Below, in pieces: positions 60,786-64,000 of a DNA stretch of 64,000 nucleotides; the first letter of the stretch is position 1; each line of letters opens with the position of its first letter. The notes beneath the pieces were generated by a model. The model ran no database searches, was not told the origin of the DNA, and saw nothing but the letters and a program-made list of their open reading frames with translations. This stretch comes from Theionarchaea archaeon. GTDB lineage: Archaea; Methanobacteriota_B; Thermococci; Methanofastidiosales; SZ-28-30. The stretch covers positions 1 through 64,000 of the forward strand of contig JACVGT010000010.1 of assembly GCA_018992685.1 (NCBI GenBank), written 5' to 3'. The translations under genes were made by a program, and so were the position numbers.

Positions 60786-62011
60786 GAATTTATGCATTTG
60801 AAGAGATATGGAACGTTTCCCGGTTCCTCTATTACGGGCTGGTAGCCATCCAAACGCGGGGAGAAGAAGTTTCTACCTTGGCAGTGGGGAATGATTCTGC
60901 TGTGGCTAAAGGGACAGCAGATAACCTGGATGTTTCTCCTCTCAAAGGATACTGCGGAGTGGCAGGAGCATTCACCCGCAATGAGGGTTACTACTTCGAT
61001 GATGGGATCACCGTAGTGTATGACGGCAGTATTGATGTTTCACGACTTGTAACCCAGATAAAGAGTGGGAAAGAGGTTGAAGACTGCCTTGCCGATCTGG
61101 ATGGTGCCTATGCCTTATTGTTGCTCAAGGATAATGTAATGTATGCTGCCCGCGATCCTTATGGTATCAGACCTCTATGCATTGGAGGGATTGGCTTTGA
61201 TATGGCAGTTATTTCTTCGGAGAGTTCAGCTCTGGATGTCATTGGTGCTGAATACTCCAGAGACATTAAACCTGGTGAAGTGGTTGTGGTGGACCAGTTC
61301 TACATTGATTCTCTGGAGAACAAGGCGAAACAGAAGGCTGTCTGCGCCTTTGAATTTGTATATTTCTCACGGCCTGATTCGCAGGTTTTTGGCAAGTCTG
61401 TGCACACCGTGAGGAAGCTAATCGGAGAGACACTGGAACCTCATGATGCAGATGCAGTAATCGGTGTCCCTGAAACTGCTATTCCCTTTGCCATGGCATA
61501 CGCAAGTAAGAATGGAATCCCCGTAGACCTGGGATTTGTTCGCACAGGAAGACCCACCCGGACAGCAATCAAGCCCACTCAACTGGAGAGGATGATTGGT
61601 GTACAGCTGAAGTTAAATCCCGTCCGGACAGCAGTCGCCGGAAAACGGGTGGTACTCATTGATGACTCTGTGGTCAGGGGGACGACCTTGCGGAATACGG
61701 TGTCACTGTTGCGCAGGAGAGGGGCCAAGGAAGTCCACGTGAGAATTGCCTCTCCCAAATTGATAGCTCCCTGTCCCTACGGAGTGGAGGTACCCACCAA
61801 AGATGAGCTGATTGCTGTGGATAACACAGAAGAGGAAATTTCCAGGATTGTTGGAGCTGATTCCTTCAGCTACCTGAAAGTTGAACAGCTCACATCCCTC
61901 ATAGGGATGCCGGTGTGTACGGGGTGTATGACTGGAGAATATCCCACAGAACAGGGGGAGTGTTGTTCATGCCAACCAGGCAGTGAGTGTCCTGTGGAGG
62001 TGTCGCAATGA
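60770..62011 (+). CDS. purF: Second amidophosphoribosyltransferase-like protein lacking the catalytic N-terminal Cys
   Basis: Starts MAGILG; retains CAFEFVYFSRPDS, DDSVVRGTT, CPYG and CTGC. Confidence 0.82.
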   Translation: MAGILGIYAFEEIWNVSRFLYYGLVAIQTRGEEVSTLAVGNDSAVAKGTADNLDVSPLKGYCGVAGAFTRNEGYYFDDGITVVYDGSIDVSRLVTQIKSGKEVEDCLADLDGAYALLLLKDNVMYAARDPYGIRPLCIGGIGFDMAVISSESSALDVIGAEYSRDIKPGEVVVVDQFYIDSLENKAKQKAVCAFEFVYFSRPDSQVFGKSVHTVRKLIGETLEPHDADAVIGVPETAIPFAMAYASKNGIPVDLGFVRTGRPTRTAIKPTQLERMIGVQLKLNPVRTAVAGKRVVLIDDSVVRGTTLRNTVSLLRRRGAKEVHVRIASPKLIAPCPYGVEVPTKDELIAVDNTEEEISRIVGADSFSYLKVEQLTSLIGMPVCTGCMTGEYPTEQGECCSCQPGSECPVEVSQ

Positions 62012-63435
62012 AATTCCTGCTAGTCGGGGGCGGTGCACGGGAGCATGCTATTGCCAAGAATGCAGCACAGTACTATGATGTGTACGCTGCTGTCCCCTAT
62101 GTGAACCCGGGTATTGCCCGCCTCGCTTCATACAAGGTGGTGGACATCCTGAACCCTCAGAAAGTGGCAGAGTACTGTGATGACGTCTCTCCTGATCTGG
62201 TGTTCATCGGCTCAGAAGAATCATTGTTCCACGGCGTTTCTGATGAAATCATGAAGAGAGGACACGTGTGCATTGGTGCCAAGAAAGAAGCAGCCGAGAT
62301 TGAACGGTCCAAGGCATTCATGCGTCGATTGCTGGAGAAGAATAACATTCATGGATCGTTGCGGTTCAAAACCTTTACTGATGCAGATACTGCACTCCGG
62401 TACATTGACGAATATGCAGGAAGCATTGCCATTAAGCCCGCCCGACAGGCAGGAGGAAAGGGGGTCAAGGTTATCGCCGACCTCCAGGCTTACCTCAAGG
62501 AAGAGAAAAAGGATGCCAAGAAGAAACATGCAGAACAGATCATGCAGGAGCATCTTTCGCAGGATCTGGAAGACCAGATTCTCATTGAGGAACGGGTGGA
62601 GGGTGTGGAGTATTCGCTGCAGTGTTTTACTGATGGGTCTTGCGTGATTCCACTCCCACTGGTGCAGGATCATCCCCATGCATTTGAGGAAGATATTGGC
62701 CCCGAGACTGGGGGAATGGGTGCCATATCAGGACGGGGGACACTACCATTCATTGAGGATTCTGAATACAAGAAGTCACTGGAGATCATGGAGCAGTCAG
62801 TCCAGTCTATCAAGACAGAAACAGGCGAGATGTACTGTGGTGTCATTACAGGGCAGTTCATGCTCACAGACAAGTGGGGTCCCACCATAATTGAATATTA
62901 CGCCCGGCTGGGAGACCCGGAAGCGGTCAATGTCATGAATATTCTGGAGAACTTTGACGAGGTCTGTGAAGGGTATCTCACGGGAAGCCTTGCCAAGGTG
63001 AAGCCACGGATACGGGAAGTGGCCACCGTGGTCAAGTGTGTCTCTCCCAAAGGGTACCCCAATGAACGGGGGACAGGCAGGGGAAAGAAATTGCAGATAG
63101 ACTTCGAAGAGATACACAATCTGGGAGCAGAGGTGTTTTTTGGATCTGTCTATCAGGATACAGGGGAATTGTACACAGGGGGTTCACGGGCTGTGGAAAT
63201 CTATGCAGAAGCTGACACAATCGTCGAGGCAGGGGCTATTGCGGAAAAGGCTACTCACTGTGTGACTTCTGACTGGAAGCTCTTCCACCGCCATGACATT
63301 GGGTCCCAGGACCTTCTAGACAAGAGAGTGCGGACTGCTCAGCTGGTGCGTGACGTCTACCAGTACAGAGGGCAGCATGGGCTCATTGGCCGCAATATTG
63401 ACTGGATCCCAGGAATCGGGAAAATCGAAACGTGA
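62008..63435 (+). CDS. purD: Phosphoribosylamine-glycine ligase
   Basis: GGGAREHA, GGKGV, GPETGGMG and RLGDPE motifs. Confidence 0.95.
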   Translation: MKFLLVGGGAREHAIAKNAAQYYDVYAAVPYVNPGIARLASYKVVDILNPQKVAEYCDDVSPDLVFIGSEESLFHGVSDEIMKRGHVCIGAKKEAAEIERSKAFMRRLLEKNNIHGSLRFKTFTDADTALRYIDEYAGSIAIKPARQAGGKGVKVIADLQAYLKEEKKDAKKKHAEQIMQEHLSQDLEDQILIEERVEGVEYSLQCFTDGSCVIPLPLVQDHPHAFEEDIGPETGGMGAISGRGTLPFIEDSEYKKSLEIMEQSVQSIKTETGEMYCGVITGQFMLTDKWGPTIIEYYARLGDPEAVNVMNILENFDEVCEGYLTGSLAKVKPRIREVATVVKCVSPKGYPNERGTGRGKKLQIDFEEIHNLGAEVFFGSVYQDTGELYTGGSRAVEIYAEADTIVEAGAIAEKATHCVTSDWKLFHRHDIGSQDLLDKRVRTAQLVRDVYQYRGQHGLIGRNIDWIPGIGKIET

Positions 63436-63444
63436 GGTGATCGT

Positions 63445-64000
63445 ATGAAAATGATGTTGTTGGGTTCAGGAGAATTGGGTAAAGAAGTGATTATTGAAGC
63501 CCAGAGACTTGGGCTGGAGACAGTTGCTGTTGACCGATACATGGGTGCTCCCGCCCAGCATCCAGCAGACAAAGCCTATACTGGTAATATGACGGAAAAA
63601 GGGTTCCTCAGGTACCTGGTGGAGAGGGAGAATCCAGATTTCATTGTGCCTGAAATTGAGGCTATTAATCTGGAGGCTCTCAGTGAATTTGAGGACCAGG
63701 GCATTTTTGTCTCTCCCCGAGCTGAAGCACAGAAGATCGCCATGGATCGATTCAAGTTGCGGGAAACTCTGGACACAGCAGGTGTCAGAGTGTCGAAGTA
63801 CCATTTCACGTCTTCTGCTGAGGATTTTGAGTCTGCATGCAAGGATTTCAACTACACGTGTATTACCAAGGCTAGGTTTTCTTCATCAGGACATGGATCC
63901 TACATTGTCAACAGCAAAGAGGATGTAGAGGCAGCGTGGGACGAGCGCAAGAAGGCTCGAAAACCTAGTGAGGACGTCATTGTGGAAGAATACATACCCT
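63445..64000 (+). CDS. purT: Formate-dependent GAR transformylase, partial (runs off the window)
   Basis: Translated by hand: MKMMLLGSGELGKEVIIEAQRLGLETVAVDRY...PEIEAI...SSSGHGS. Confidence 0.9.
   Translation, partial: MKMMLLGSGELGKEVIIEAQRLGLETVAVDRYMGAPAQHPADKAYTGNMTEKGFLRYLVERENPDFIVPEIEAINLEALSEFEDQGIFVSPRAEAQKIAMDRFKLRETLDTAGVRVSKYHFTSSAEDFESACKDFNYTCITKARFSSSGHGSYIVNSKEDVEAAWDERKKARKPSEDVIVEEYIP

Overview
Archaeal genomic window, judged from TATA/BRE promoters, GGAGGTGA-type SD sites, an archaeal class III pilin, PurP, an MtaB-type methylthiotransferase and tRNAs lacking a complete encoded CCA. The gene content (V4R proteins, paired purF) suggests an uncultured Thermococci-related lineage such as Theionarchaea, but that is inference only. 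Housekeeping content includes ileS, pyrC/pyrB/pyrI, purP, a purC-S-L-Q-F-F'-D-T cluster, tRNA-Ile(GAT), tRNA-Phe(GAA), a RHH-cysC-sat-alkaline phosphatase-superfamily operon and duplicated M29-like aminopeptidases. The left end of an IS481-like element lies at the window start. The standout is a compact minus-strand candidate RiPP cluster at 31.9-36.1 kb. It has a 75-aa precursor with an acidic leader and six [F/Y]CALEV motifs encoded by a perfect 27-bp tandem repeat, two paralogous radical SAM/SPASM maturases, and an MFS transporter. The two maturases are in the same reading frame, separated by a single TAG, and the second probably starts at ATA. All calls come from reading motifs by eye; no database searches were run.
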